From positions 107,910-171,909 of the IMG/VR virus record IMGVR_UViG_3300045912_000789: a DNA stretch of 64,000 nucleotides; one strand, 5' to 3'. Both the position numbers and the translations under genes were made by a program. This document shows, piece after piece, positions 54,715 through 63,618 of this stretch. The notes under the pieces were generated by a model. It had not been told where the DNA came from. It saw only the letters and a program-made list of their open reading frames with translations, and searched no databases. Source of the DNA: a virus. The first letter of the stretch is position 1; each line of letters begins with the position of its first letter.

Positions 54715-55506
54715 ATGCTGATCCCGTCGTTCTTGTTCAGCCCACAGCAGCGCCGGCAGATGAGGGAGGCCGAGGAGCGCGCGAACCGAGATCGCTTCGA
54801 GCGCAACAAGCACCGCGCCGAGGCGTGGGACATGTGGAAGACGAAGCCCCCGCGCAAGATCCACGAGCCTCTCGTCATCATCGGCGAGACCTACAACATC
54901 GATCACAAGCTCTTCGACGTGAAGTCGACGAGCGCGGTGCTGGACTCGGATCCCGCGACCTTCCAGGAGCGCGATGGCCAGTACCGCTACTACCACCTGC
55001 GCACGCGGCCCTTCATGCCGCTCACCGTGCCGATCTACCCCGAGCGCGACAGCCAGCCCCAGGTGTTCTTCACCAGCCCGGTCGTCATCCCGTCGCTCCT
55101 CTTCAAGGATCGCTTCGACGGATGGAAGCCGTGGATGGGCATGTCCCCGGCGGAGATCATGTCGCAGCGTGGCGGCATCAAGTACTGCCGTGGCAACGCG
55201 GTGGTCGGCGGCCTCGGGCTGGGGTGGTTCCTCAGCGAGGTCGTGAAGCTCGGCAAGTGCGACAAGATCACGCTGGTCGAGAAGGAGCCCGCCCTGCTCG
55301 ATTGGTACGGCACCGAGCTGTGCAAGAAGCTGGGTGTCGAGGTGATCTGCGACGACATCTGGAACGTCGTCGGCAAGCAGCCGGCCGGCACTCGCTACGC
55401 CATCGACATCTGGCCCGACTGGTTCGACGCGAGGTACGATGGCCGCCTCCGCGAGGCACGCGCAGCAGGACACGAGATCTGGGCCTGGGGCTCAGCCAGA
55501 GGATGA
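54715..55506 (+). CDS. class I SAM-binding (spermidine-synthase-like) protein
   Basis: AVVGGLGLG, ITLVEKE, VICDD, IDIW. Confidence 0.7.
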   Translation: MLIPSFLFSPQQRRQMREAEERANRDRFERNKHRAEAWDMWKTKPPRKIHEPLVIIGETYNIDHKLFDVKSTSAVLDSDPATFQERDGQYRYYHLRTRPFMPLTVPIYPERDSQPQVFFTSPVVIPSLLFKDRFDGWKPWMGMSPAEIMSQRGGIKYCRGNAVVGGLGLGWFLSEVVKLGKCDKITLVEKEPALLDWYGTELCKKLGVEVICDDIWNVVGKQPAGTRYAIDIWPDWFDARYDGRLREARAAGHEIWAWGSARG

Positions 55507-55537
55507 ACACCGAACCGAACCGAACGAGGAGAAGACG

Positions 55538-56065
55538 ATGGACTACGACGACTACATGCAGCTCCGCCAGGAGTACCTCAACGGCCGGAAGACGGACGGC
55601 AACGAGGGCAAGCTCCTGAAGCTCAAGCCCGAGGAGTACACCGCGGAGCAGAACGAGGAGATCAAGCGAACGCGCGTCGCGCTGAAGCACTCGATGTGGG
55701 CGGCCAAGGAGGCCCGGAAGGGCTGGCTCACGCTCCTGAACGATCCGGTCGCGAACCCGGCGACGCCCATCACCGTCGCGCGGATCGTGCAGAAGCAGCG
55801 GGTCGAGCGCGGCCAGGCGCGCCATTCGGTGCGCGACAACGAGGTCGCCTACCGCATGGCGGTGGAGGTGCCCTTCCTCATGAAGCAGAAGCTGAGGAGC
55901 CAGGCCAAGCGGCCCTCGTTCCTGCCGTTCGAGCCGGGCATGGAGGTGAAGATGTTCGGCCGGAATCCCTTCACCGGCCTGCCGATCGGCGGCATCACCG
56001 AGCACCGTCACCAGACCGACAAGAAGCCCGTCACCAGCCTGCGCGAGAGCCTGCGGAGGTCGTGA
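55538..56065 (+). CDS. hypothetical protein
   Basis: GAGGAG RBS. Confidence 0.65.
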   Translation: MDYDDYMQLRQEYLNGRKTDGNEGKLLKLKPEEYTAEQNEEIKRTRVALKHSMWAAKEARKGWLTLLNDPVANPATPITVARIVQKQRVERGQARHSVRDNEVAYRMAVEVPFLMKQKLRSQAKRPSFLPFEPGMEVKMFGRNPFTGLPIGGITEHRHQTDKKPVTSLRESLRRS

Positions 56066-56826
56066 TGCGCATCAACCCCGACGACGTCTACCTCCTCGCG
56101 CCCAGCTACCACGTGGAGATGGACGAGTCGCCGATCCTCATCGCGCGGCTCGACTTCGGTTTCTTCACGGCGATCGACAAGTACGCCGAGGAGATCGTTC
56201 CGTTCATGCGGACCATGTCGAAGAAGGACATGCCGCTCGCCAGCGTGGACGTGCACGGGACGTTCGGTAGCGGCTTCGCCGACGCCAACCACCTCGTCTT
56301 CCCCGACGAGCACGACCTGGAGAGCATCCGCATTCACCCGATCGTGCTCAACAGGTCGGTCCGGGACAGGTGGTGGCGTGACGGGATGACCCTGGAGGAG
56401 GCGCTCGATACCGAGCCTGGGGTCATCTTCGGCGCGGACCTGTTCTCGGTGTTCCCCGATGGCCTGCCGGACGGGGAGTTCGACGACGGCGAGGGCCTCA
56501 TCCGAACCGAGATCGACCTCGTGCGCTTCTTCCTGTGGTCGGGCGCCGAGGACTTCCGGATCGGATGGACCTCGGTGGTGAAGCACACCGACATCTCGAT
56601 GGAGACGCTGACCTTCGAGTATCCTCACCTCAAGGCGCTCTACTACGGGAGATCGTACGAGACGCACCAGAAGAAGCTCAAGGAGTACAAGACGATCCTC
56701 ACGGCGCGTGGCGACGGCACGTGGATCCGCGCCGCTGAGGAGATCCCTCCCTGTTCGGTCGACAGCATCGTCGCCGAGCTGAAGGAGATGGGCGAGACGG
56801 TCGCCGTCGAGCCCTGGAAGCCCTGA
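56065..56826 (+). CDS. hypothetical protein
   Basis: GGAGGT RBS; TGATG coupling. Confidence 0.65.
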   Translation: MRINPDDVYLLAPSYHVEMDESPILIARLDFGFFTAIDKYAEEIVPFMRTMSKKDMPLASVDVHGTFGSGFADANHLVFPDEHDLESIRIHPIVLNRSVRDRWWRDGMTLEEALDTEPGVIFGADLFSVFPDGLPDGEFDDGEGLIRTEIDLVRFFLWSGAEDFRIGWTSVVKHTDISMETLTFEYPHLKALYYGRSYETHQKKLKEYKTILTARGDGTWIRAAEEIPPCSVDSIVAELKEMGETVAVEPWKP

Positions 56827-56945
56827 TGTTCCACCTCTGTCCCGACGAGATCTTCGCTTTCATGCTCGCCCTCCCGATCATCCGGAAGGCGTACCTGTGG
56901 GCGAAGGACCTGATCATCAACCGCAAGAAGAAGGAGAGCCCGTGA
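56826..56945 (+). CDS. 39-aa hydrophobic peptide (absent from ORF track)
   Basis: MFHLCPDEIFAFMLALPIIRKAYLWAKDLIINRKKKESP; coupled at both ends. Confidence 0.55.
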   Translation: MFHLCPDEIFAFMLALPIIRKAYLWAKDLIINRKKKESP

Positions 56946-57340
56946 ACAACCACCGCACCAACGGACGACCGCCGCTCGACTGGCAGCCGGTCGGCGTCTA
57001 CACCGGACCGGACCCCGTCGTCCCCGAGAAGGCCCCCGACCACGTGAAGGCCAAGGCCCGCCGGCACGCCGCCGTCCAGGTGTCGATCGCCAGCGCCGGC
57101 TTCGATCACAAGGAGGGCATCGACCGGGTGAAGTTCAGCTACCGCCTCGGCTGGCTCGACAACGAGAACTTCCAGCCGGCGTCGAACATCCCCGACGAGC
57201 GGGTGACCGAGTTCATCGAGGCCCTCCAGAAGGTGGCGGCCAACGCGAAGATCGCGCACAGCAACGCGCTCAAGAAGGCCAAGGGCCAGCTCGCCTCCAG
57301 CATCGGCGAGCAGATGAAGGCCGGCGGAGCCCGTCGGTGA
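56942..57340 (+). CDS. hypothetical protein
   Basis: AAGGAG RBS; GTG start. Confidence 0.65.
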   Translation: MNNHRTNGRPPLDWQPVGVYTGPDPVVPEKAPDHVKAKARRHAAVQVSIASAGFDHKEGIDRVKFSYRLGWLDNENFQPASNIPDERVTEFIEALQKVAANAKIAHSNALKKAKGQLASSIGEQMKAGGARR

Positions 57341-57888
57341 GGCTGGTCTTCGAGGCCGCGATGTTCGCCACCGTCCACCACGACAAGCCCAACAGGGGGA
57401 AGGCTCGTCGTGGTGGGCGCGGGGTTCCGTACGCGCATCACGTCTTCGACGTGGCCGGTCGTGTTGTTGCGGCCGGCCTTCACGACGAGGAAGTCCTCTG
57501 CGCGGCCATCCTTCACGACATCGTCGAGGACACGCACGCCACGATCGACGACGTCCACACGCTCTTCGGGCCTCGGGTGGCCACCTACGTCGGACAGCTC
57601 ACGCTGCCGGTGGAGATCCACCAGGACATCCCGAAGAAGCTCCAGCACCAGATGCGCATGATGTTCGAGATGGACTGGGAGTGCCGTGCGGTGAAGATCG
57701 CCGATAAGTCCTCGAACGTCTTCGACCTGACCCACGACCCGCCGGGGTGGGGCATCAAGGCCATCCAGGGCTACGCTCGCGACGCCAAGGGTGTCGTGGA
57801 CGTGGTCCGGATGCTGCCGGATCAGCCGGCGTACATCGTGCGTCTGATCGACCAGTTCGATCAGGCGTACCTCAAGACGATCAGGTGA
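57337..57888 (+). CDS. SpoT/Mesh1-like HD-domain (p)ppGpp hydrolase (small alarmone hydrolase)
   Basis: A..FA...H...R...PY..H...VA; AAILHDIVEDT; FG..VA..V..LT; VKIADK..N. Confidence 0.85.
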   Translation: MRLVFEAAMFATVHHDKPNRGKARRGGRGVPYAHHVFDVAGRVVAAGLHDEEVLCAAILHDIVEDTHATIDDVHTLFGPRVATYVGQLTLPVEIHQDIPKKLQHQMRMMFEMDWECRAVKIADKSSNVFDLTHDPPGWGIKAIQGYARDAKGVVDVVRMLPDQPAYIVRLIDQFDQAYLKTIR

Positions 57889-57892
57889 GGAC

Positions 57893-57908
57893 GGGCCCTT
57901 CGGGGCCC
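57893..57908 (+). terminator. cTTCGg hairpin
   Basis: GGGCCC-TTCG-GGGCCC. Confidence 0.5.
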
Positions 57909-57926
57909 TCCACCACATCAGGTTGC

Positions 57927-58289
57927 ATGGACGAGTTCAGCCCCGAGGCCATCCAGATCGCCTATCTAGCCAACGCGTACATCGAGCTGTTCACCGGGCT
58001 GCACGGGAACTACGCCGGCTGGATCAGAGCGGTGGGTCGTCCTCTCACGAATCTCTTCTTGTCTGACGTCGAGATCGAGGAACTCCTCGAAGGAGGAACT
58101 TGGTCTTCGCGAGGAGGACGTGCTCGCGCGCTCTTCCTGTGGGCGGGTGTCGATGTCCCCACGTGGAAGAACGGGGTGATCGTCACCAAGCAGCGGAACA
58201 CGGTCAGACGCGACACCTTCAACGCGGAGGTCCTGGGCTGGCACGCGCTGGCCCTTCAGTACGCCTATGAACACCCCGAACAGTGGTGA
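57927..58289 (+). CDS. hypothetical protein
   Basis: Fills gap; no clear RBS. Confidence 0.5.
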   Translation: MDEFSPEAIQIAYLANAYIELFTGLHGNYAGWIRAVGRPLTNLFLSDVEIEELLEGGTWSSRGGRARALFLWAGVDVPTWKNGVIVTKQRNTVRRDTFNAEVLGWHALALQYAYEHPEQW

Positions 58290-59322
58290 TCCGTTCGAGC
58301 CGTTCGACATCCACGTCGAGCGCTTCGTCGAGATGATCACCGAGCACATCACCAAGACCTACGGACCGCCCGATCAGACGTGGCTGGAGCAGGCCGAGAA
58401 GGCCAACGAGGGACGGGAGAAGAACGATCGACCCACCTGGGGCTTCGACGAGTACAAGGCGGCGGTGTTCCGGCCCTCCCTCAAGGGGATCGGAATGCGG
58501 GGCTTCGGCAAGAAGAAGTCGGACTTCCCCGAGACGAGGCAGTTCGCCTTCAACGAAGCGAAGCGCCTGATGTCGTGGTACGGCATCGAACGCTCGGATC
58601 TTCTGAGCAGCGAGCCGGCGCAGTTCGCCACGGACAAGTTCACGTCGTGGCCGTACTACGCCGCGGCTCTGGCGCTCGTGGTAGAACGAGCGAGGAGAAC
58701 CCCACATGAAGTGCATGTCGTGCCAGACGGTCGAGCTGAACGCGACCAACACCAAGATCTTCAACAAGATCCTCTTGTGTACGCAGTGCCACGCCCTCGC
58801 GGAGAAGGCCGAGAGGGAGATCGTGCAGCAGATCGAGCGTGCCAAGGAGATGTCGCGCAACTGGCTGACGCAGCACATCCTCCAGGGCGGGCTGCTCCGA
58901 GGAGGAAGCGGCGCGCAGATCGAGCTACAGGGGTTGCCGGGAACCAAGGACCCCGGATGACCGACCAGCTCCTCAACGTCATGCGCCAGGGGAAGCGCAT
59001 CGCGTGGACGTCGCTCTGGCTCGTGGACGAGATGGACGGGCACCGCCTGGTGGCTATCCCTCGCCTTCGTCTCTCGCAGGAGACCACGCTGGAGCTGACC
59101 TCGCGCATCCCCTACGCCACTGTGTTCGGTGATGCGACGATGCAGGTCCTGGACGATCCGCCGAGGACGTTCTTCGTCGTCCACGCGACGTTCGATCTCT
59201 ATCGTACCGGCGAGCCCGACATCTTGGGGTTCGCTGCGATCGTGCAAGCTCCTGGGGTGCCGCTGCCGAATCCTTCGCTCGTCATCTCCAGGACCGCCAA
59301 GATGCTGAGAGGAGATACGTGA
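58267..59322 (+). CDS. hypothetical ORF spanning a nested gene; probable second start at 58957
   Basis: Protein-like to about 58690 and again from MTDQLL (58957); middle looks off-frame. Confidence 0.5.
   Translation: MNTPNSGDPFEPFDIHVERFVEMITEHITKTYGPPDQTWLEQAEKANEGREKNDRPTWGFDEYKAAVFRPSLKGIGMRGFGKKKSDFPETRQFAFNEAKRLMSWYGIERSDLLSSEPAQFATDKFTSWPYYAAALALVVERARRTPHEVHVVPDGRAERDQHQDLQQDPLVYAVPRPRGEGREGDRAADRACQGDVAQLADAAHPPGRAAPRRKRRADRATGVAGNQGPRMTDQLLNVMRQGKRIAWTSLWLVDEMDGHRLVAIPRLRLSQETTLELTSRIPYATVFGDATMQVLDDPPRTFFVVHATFDLYRTGEPDILGFAAIVQAPGVPLPNPSLVISRTAKMLRGDT
58706..58960 (+). CDS. Zn-finger small protein
   Basis: GAGGAG RBS; CMSC...CTQC. Confidence 0.7.
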   Translation: MKCMSCQTVELNATNTKIFNKILLCTQCHALAEKAEREIVQQIERAKEMSRNWLTQHILQGGLLRGGSGAQIELQGLPGTKDPG

Positions 59323-59537
59323 TGGACAAGGCCGAGTTCAGGAAGAAGCTCAACGCGCTGGTCACCGAGGCGCTCGACGAGCAGTTCGACGACGAGGAGG
59401 ACAACAGCTTCTCCGACTTCTGGGAGGCGGTTCGCGACAAGGTCGACAGTGCGGCGGACGACGAGGACATCGACGACGCCGAAGACGAGGACGATGTCGA
59501 GGACCCCGACGAGCTGAGCGAGCTGGACGTGGAGTGA
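59322..59537 (+). CDS. small highly acidic protein
   Basis: GAGGAG RBS; D/E-dominated. Confidence 0.7.
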   Translation: MDKAEFRKKLNALVTEALDEQFDDEEDNSFSDFWEAVRDKVDSAADDEDIDDAEDEDDVEDPDELSELDVE

Positions 59538-60109
59538 TGTACCGAGACGACTACATCGCCCATGCGATCTACGAGCGAGCCCGGGCCTGGACCCGGGCTT
59601 CGTTCTTCGTGGCGAAGCTGATCGAGGCCCAGCCGGTGTACTTCCAGAACGGCGTCGTGATCGAGAGCCCGCTGAAGAACATCAGCCTCCTGATCTGCGA
59701 CGTCGAGCCGAAGCACACCGAAGTGCTGACGTACAGCCTGAAGACGTTCGAGCCGGGGCACCCCAGGGACGCCATCCACGGCTGGATGTGGGTGGGCAGT
59801 TCGATCGACGCCGGGAAGTCGGGCATCACGCTCGAAGACCACACCAAGGAGATCCAGCTCCATCTCAACCGATTCCGCCGGCGTGAAGAGCTGATGCGGC
59901 ACGGCCTCGCCCGACAGCCGTGGCGCGTGGCTCCGCTGTTCAAGCCGGACATCGAGACCATCGCTCGGGAGAGCGGGGTGGCATCGGGAGCGGTGCGTTC
60001 GTTCTTCGACGGCAAGCCCGTGAGCAGCGATGCGCGGGACAAGATCTTGAAGACGGTGGGGATGATCCCCGAAGAGCTGGAGGGCAAGCTGTGGGAATCC
60101 GGAAGCTGA
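59537..60109 (+). CDS. hypothetical protein with C-terminal HTH
   Basis: IETIARESGVASGAVRSFFDGK.VS...RDKI. Confidence 0.6.
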   Translation: MYRDDYIAHAIYERARAWTRASFFVAKLIEAQPVYFQNGVVIESPLKNISLLICDVEPKHTEVLTYSLKTFEPGHPRDAIHGWMWVGSSIDAGKSGITLEDHTKEIQLHLNRFRRREELMRHGLARQPWRVAPLFKPDIETIARESGVASGAVRSFFDGKPVSSDARDKILKTVGMIPEELEGKLWESGS

Positions 60110-60453
60110 CCGCCGACGAGGAGGCGGTGAAGAAGCACTTCCTCGCCCAGATGGACACCCGCATCGACAAGCTGCGATCGGCAGCGCTCTGGGACCTTCA
60201 CTACGGCCCTCACAACGCGGAGTACTACGCCGACGCCCACGAGCTGGAGAACTGGCCGGGCTATGTGAAGGCGATCGAAGAGCTGGAGGAGTGGGCCGAT
60301 GCCCACCTGAGCCAGGTCTTCTACAACACCGAGACGGGCGAGATCACCTCGACCGAGCCCGACGAGGAGATCGAGGACTGGACCAGGTACGACCGAAAGG
60401 CCCTGTATCTGATCGTTTTCCGAGAGCTGGTCAGCTACGGGGGCATGTCCTGA
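60091..60453 (+). CDS. hypothetical protein
   Basis: GGAGG RBS; GTG start. Confidence 0.6.
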   Translation: MGIRKLTADEEAVKKHFLAQMDTRIDKLRSAALWDLHYGPHNAEYYADAHELENWPGYVKAIEELEEWADAHLSQVFYNTETGEITSTEPDEEIEDWTRYDRKALYLIVFRELVSYGGMS

Positions 60454-60504
60454 CCGATCTGGCTTGACACCGCTACCCACGTGTGTCTCTACTACGCGAT
60501 CCCG

Positions 60505-60511
60505 CTATGAG
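60505..60511 (+). promoter_or_regulatory. CTATNAG element (CTATGAG)
   Basis: Followed by hairpin 60511-60534. Confidence 0.6.
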
Positions 60512-60567
60512 ATCGGGGGCAGGGTGCCCCGATCGATCGAAGACCCAACAGAACGAGGAAAGAGAAG

Positions 60568-60858
60568 ATGGCCAAGAAGGAGATCACCAAGGAGCAGGCG
60601 GACAAGTTCATCTCCGCCTACGCGAAGAAGCACGAGGTGTCGGAGGCGAAGGCCAAGGAGATGATCCTCCACACCGGCATCTCGCGCCTCGCGACCCTCG
60701 ACAAGGCCGCCAAGAAGAAGGGCGGCGGAGGCGGGGGCAAGAAGGCCGCGCCGAAGAAGGCCGCCAAGAAGGCGGCGAAGAAGGCCAAGAAGGCGCCGCG
60801 CAAGCCGAAGGCCGCGGCCTCGGCCGCGCCGACGAAGGTGAGCGAGGGCGAGGAGTGA
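60568..60858 (+). CDS. histone H1-like Lys/Ala-rich DNA-binding protein
   Basis: KKAAPKKAAKKAAKKAKKAPRKPK tail. Confidence 0.75.
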   Translation: MAKKEITKEQADKFISAYAKKHEVSEAKAKEMILHTGISRLATLDKAAKKKGGGGGGKKAAPKKAAKKAAKKAKKAPRKPKAAASAAPTKVSEGEE

Positions 60859-60901
60859 TCTTCGGCAGGGCCTGAACACCCTGCGCCTCGGCACGAGGAA
60901 G

Positions 60902-60933
60902 AGGGCGGAGAGCGATCTCCGCCCTTTTCTTTT
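60902..60933 (+). terminator. intrinsic terminator
   Basis: AGGGCGGAGA-GCGA-TCTCCGCCCT-TTTCTTTT. Confidence 0.8.
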
Positions 60934-60936
60934 GCC

Positions 60937-60943
60937 CTATCAG
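60937..60943 (+). promoter_or_regulatory. CTATNAG element (CTATCAG)
   Basis: Immediately after terminator. Confidence 0.65.
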
Positions 60944-60957
60944 CAGGTGGAGGTCCC

Positions 60958-61209
60958 ATGGCACAGAAGGACGAGATCAGAGCGAAGATGATGATGGAGC
61001 TGAGCAAGGTCGCTCCGAACGTGAAGGAGAGGCTCCCGCACGTGGTCGACGAGTGCGTGAACATCGTGAGCGACGCCGCCGCGCTGGGGCTCGGGGCGTA
61101 CGGCCGTGCTTACATCGAGGCGATGAGCGACCTGCTGTCCATGGAGCTGAAGATCGTGCAGATCGACAGCTACAAGATCGGTGGCTCGAACGGGCCGAGG
61201 ATGACGTGA
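60958..61209 (+). CDS. hypothetical protein
   Basis: GGAGGT RBS. Confidence 0.65.
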   Translation: MAQKDEIRAKMMMELSKVAPNVKERLPHVVDECVNIVSDAAALGLGAYGRAYIEAMSDLLSMELKIVQIDSYKIGGSNGPRMT

Positions 61210-62321
61210 ACCACGAGAAGCTCTACAAGCGCACCGCCACCGGCGCGGTTCAGGTCTGGTGGCAGGAACGCGTGGGCGAGCGCTACCGCACGCACAGCGG
61301 TCAGGTGGACGGGCAGATCGTCACCAGCGAGTGGACGGTCGCCAAGCCGAAGAACGTCGGACGCTCGAACGAGACGTCTCCCGAGGATCAGGCGAAGGCC
61401 GAGGTCGCCTCGAACTACACCCGCAAGAAGAAGGACGGCTACAGCGAGACGGTCGAGGCCGCGAAGGACAGCGTGCGGTTCTCGCCGATGCTGGCGAAGG
61501 ACTTCGACGACTACGAAGCGAAGATCGACTGGAGGGCTGGTGTGTGGTGCCAGCCGAAGCTCGACGGCATTCGCTGCATCGCCAACGCCCAGGGGCTGTG
61601 GTCGCGCAAGGGTGATCGCATCGTGAGCTGCCCGCACATCGAGGAAGCGCTGGCGCCGTTCTTCGAGACGATGCCCGGCCTCATCCTCGACGGCGAACTG
61701 TACAACCACAAGCTCAAGGACAACTTCAACGAGATCACCAGCCTGGTGAAGACGCTGAAGCCGTCGGACGAGCACCTCAAGGAGACCCGCCGGGTCGTCC
61801 AGTACCACATCTACGACTCGCCCTCGCAGGAGGGCTACAGCGATCGCGCTGGCCGCTTCATCGACATCGTGGAGGCCGTGGGCTTCCCGCTCGTCCAGGT
61901 CCCCACGGTGGTGTGCGGGGCAGGACGCTCGGACCTCGATCACTTCTACGAGGTCTGGCTCGACGAGGGCTACGAGGGCCAGATGATCCGGCTGCCCGGG
62001 CCCTACGAGATGAAGCGGTCGAGGCTCCTGCTGAAGCGCAAGGAGTTCGTCGACAGCGAGTTCGAGGTGCTCGACATCCTCGAAGGTGAAGGCAACGCGT
62101 CGGGTGGTGCGAAGATCGCCTGGCTGCGCCTCGACACCAACCCCAACGAGAAGTTCAAGGCGGACGTCGTCGGGACCAAGGCCGAGCGGGTCGAGATCCT
62201 GAAGAACAAGCACAAGCTGATCGGCAAGATGGCGACCGTGAAGTACTTCAAGCAGCGCACGCCGGCGGGCAAGCCCCGCTTCGGCAAGATCAAGCTCATC
62301 CACGAGACGGAGAAGTGGTGA
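61206..62321 (+). CDS. lig: ATP-dependent DNA ligase
   Basis: PMLA, QPKLDGIR, ILDGELY, YHIYD, EGYEGQMIR, LLKRK. Confidence 0.93.
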   Translation: MNHEKLYKRTATGAVQVWWQERVGERYRTHSGQVDGQIVTSEWTVAKPKNVGRSNETSPEDQAKAEVASNYTRKKKDGYSETVEAAKDSVRFSPMLAKDFDDYEAKIDWRAGVWCQPKLDGIRCIANAQGLWSRKGDRIVSCPHIEEALAPFFETMPGLILDGELYNHKLKDNFNEITSLVKTLKPSDEHLKETRRVVQYHIYDSPSQEGYSDRAGRFIDIVEAVGFPLVQVPTVVCGAGRSDLDHFYEVWLDEGYEGQMIRLPGPYEMKRSRLLLKRKEFVDSEFEVLDILEGEGNASGGAKIAWLRLDTNPNEKFKADVVGTKAERVEILKNKHKLIGKMATVKYFKQRTPAGKPRFGKIKLIHETEKW

Positions 62322-62518
62322 TGTTCGGACGCGGAGACGACGACAGCGGCGCGAGCTGGTGGATCAGCTCCAAGAAGGATTCCCGCTGGAACGCGAACGG
62401 CCGGTGCGGCCGTAGCCTCTTCTCGATCGAGGCTGCGGCGCGCGAGGAGATCGAGAAGAAGACCAAGACCCTCGGCGAGCCTCCCGACGACCTGGAGATG
62501 GGAGGCATGAAGGACTGA
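62321..62518 (+). CDS. small hypothetical protein
   Basis: Coupled at both ends. Confidence 0.6.
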   Translation: MFGRGDDDSGASWWISSKKDSRWNANGRCGRSLFSIEAAAREEIEKKTKTLGEPPDDLEMGGMKD

Positions 62519-63069
62519 TGGCGGCGCGAGACGTCGTCATCGAGGCAGCCCTGAGCTACCGGATGAACGTCGTCCTGGTCGCAGAGGGCAGAGAGATCCC
62601 GTCGGGCTTCCGCGTGGGCCCGGCGGGTGGGGCCGGCATCCGGTACTCCGACAACAGCCTGGCGGTCGAGCCCACCGCTCGTCCCGACGACATCCTGCAC
62701 GAGCTGGCCCACCTGGTGGTGGGTCGACCGAGCACCTGGCTGTCCGAGGGCTTCGTCCTGATGCCGTTCGAGTGGGAGCTGGCGAAGCACCTCTCTCGGC
62801 GGATGGGGCAGGAGCGGGCCGGCTTTATGAAGGGCGTCAAGGCGTACCAGGACTGCACCGAGATCGGACGCTTCCAGATGTCGATGGAAGAGTTCGGCCC
62901 GAACGTCCGGCGCATGAAGTGGTGGAGACGCGGGGTGGAACGCGCGAAGCGTCTCGGCCTGCTCTACACCGACGGAACACCGACGTTCCTCTGCGCCCAG
63001 TGGAAAGGCTCGGGAGTGCCGCAGAGGGCGCGCGGATGGGATCCCGGGTACGACCCGCTGTTCCCGTGA
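62518..63069 (+). CDS. HExxH-motif protein
   Basis: ILHELAHLVV. Confidence 0.6.
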   Translation: MAARDVVIEAALSYRMNVVLVAEGREIPSGFRVGPAGGAGIRYSDNSLAVEPTARPDDILHELAHLVVGRPSTWLSEGFVLMPFEWELAKHLSRRMGQERAGFMKGVKAYQDCTEIGRFQMSMEEFGPNVRRMKWWRRGVERAKRLGLLYTDGTPTFLCAQWKGSGVPQRARGWDPGYDPLFP

Positions 63070-63078
63070 AGATCTCGC

Positions 63079-63085
63079 CTATGAG
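63079..63085 (+). promoter_or_regulatory. CTATNAG element (CTATGAG)
   Basis: Upstream of 63118. Confidence 0.65.
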
Positions 63086-63117
63086 CTGATGGGCTGGGGA
63101 TTTCCCACAGGAGAGAC

Positions 63118-63528
63118 ATGGACCAGAAGGACACGATCGCCATCACCAAGTCGACCAAGAAGGTCGTCGACAACCTCATCAAGGGCTTCGAGAAGGAGCA
63201 CAAGCGCCTCCAGAAGCTGGAGGAGAAGAACCAGAAGAAGATCGACGGCCTGGACGCCAAGATCGACGATCTGGACAACCAGCTCCAGGCGGAGACCGAC
63301 GAGAAGAAGCGCACGAAGCTCCAGACGCAGCGCGACAAGCTCGGCAAGGAGCGCGACGACCTGCCGAGCTACGAGGACGTGCTCAGCAGGGTCGGCGAGG
63401 CCGGCGACGACGCCGACTACAGCGTCCTGGGCCGGCTGAGCCAGATCTCCTCGGACCTCGACGAGCTGCTCCGCAAGGGCGGCCAGTACGAGGAGTTCTT
63501 CAAGGAGCGCAAGGACGTCGAGGGCTGA
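63118..63528 (+). CDS. coiled-coil hypothetical protein
   Basis: AGGAG RBS. Confidence 0.7.
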   Translation: MDQKDTIAITKSTKKVVDNLIKGFEKEHKRLQKLEEKNQKKIDGLDAKIDDLDNQLQAETDEKKRTKLQTQRDKLGKERDDLPSYEDVLSRVGEAGDDADYSVLGRLSQISSDLDELLRKGGQYEEFFKERKDVEG

Positions 63529-63530
63529 TC

Positions 63531-63559
63531 GGGAGGCGGGGCTTCGGCCCCGCCCACCC
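63531..63559 (+). terminator. cTTCGg hairpin
   Basis: GGCGGGGC-TTCG-GCCCCGCC. Confidence 0.65.
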
Positions 63560-63593
63560 ACTATCTTTGCTGCCAAAACTCGATCGTTTCCAC

Positions 63594-63600
63594 CTATGAG
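63594..63600 (+). promoter_or_regulatory. CTATNAG element (CTATGAG)
   Basis: Upstream of 63619. Confidence 0.65.
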
Positions 63601-63618
63601 CAGTAGAAGGAGGATCCG

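Noticed and set aside
60464-60495. Sigma70 promoter from a perfect TTGACA
   Set aside because: No convincing -10 box at 16-18 nt spacing; CTATGAG downstream explains the unit.
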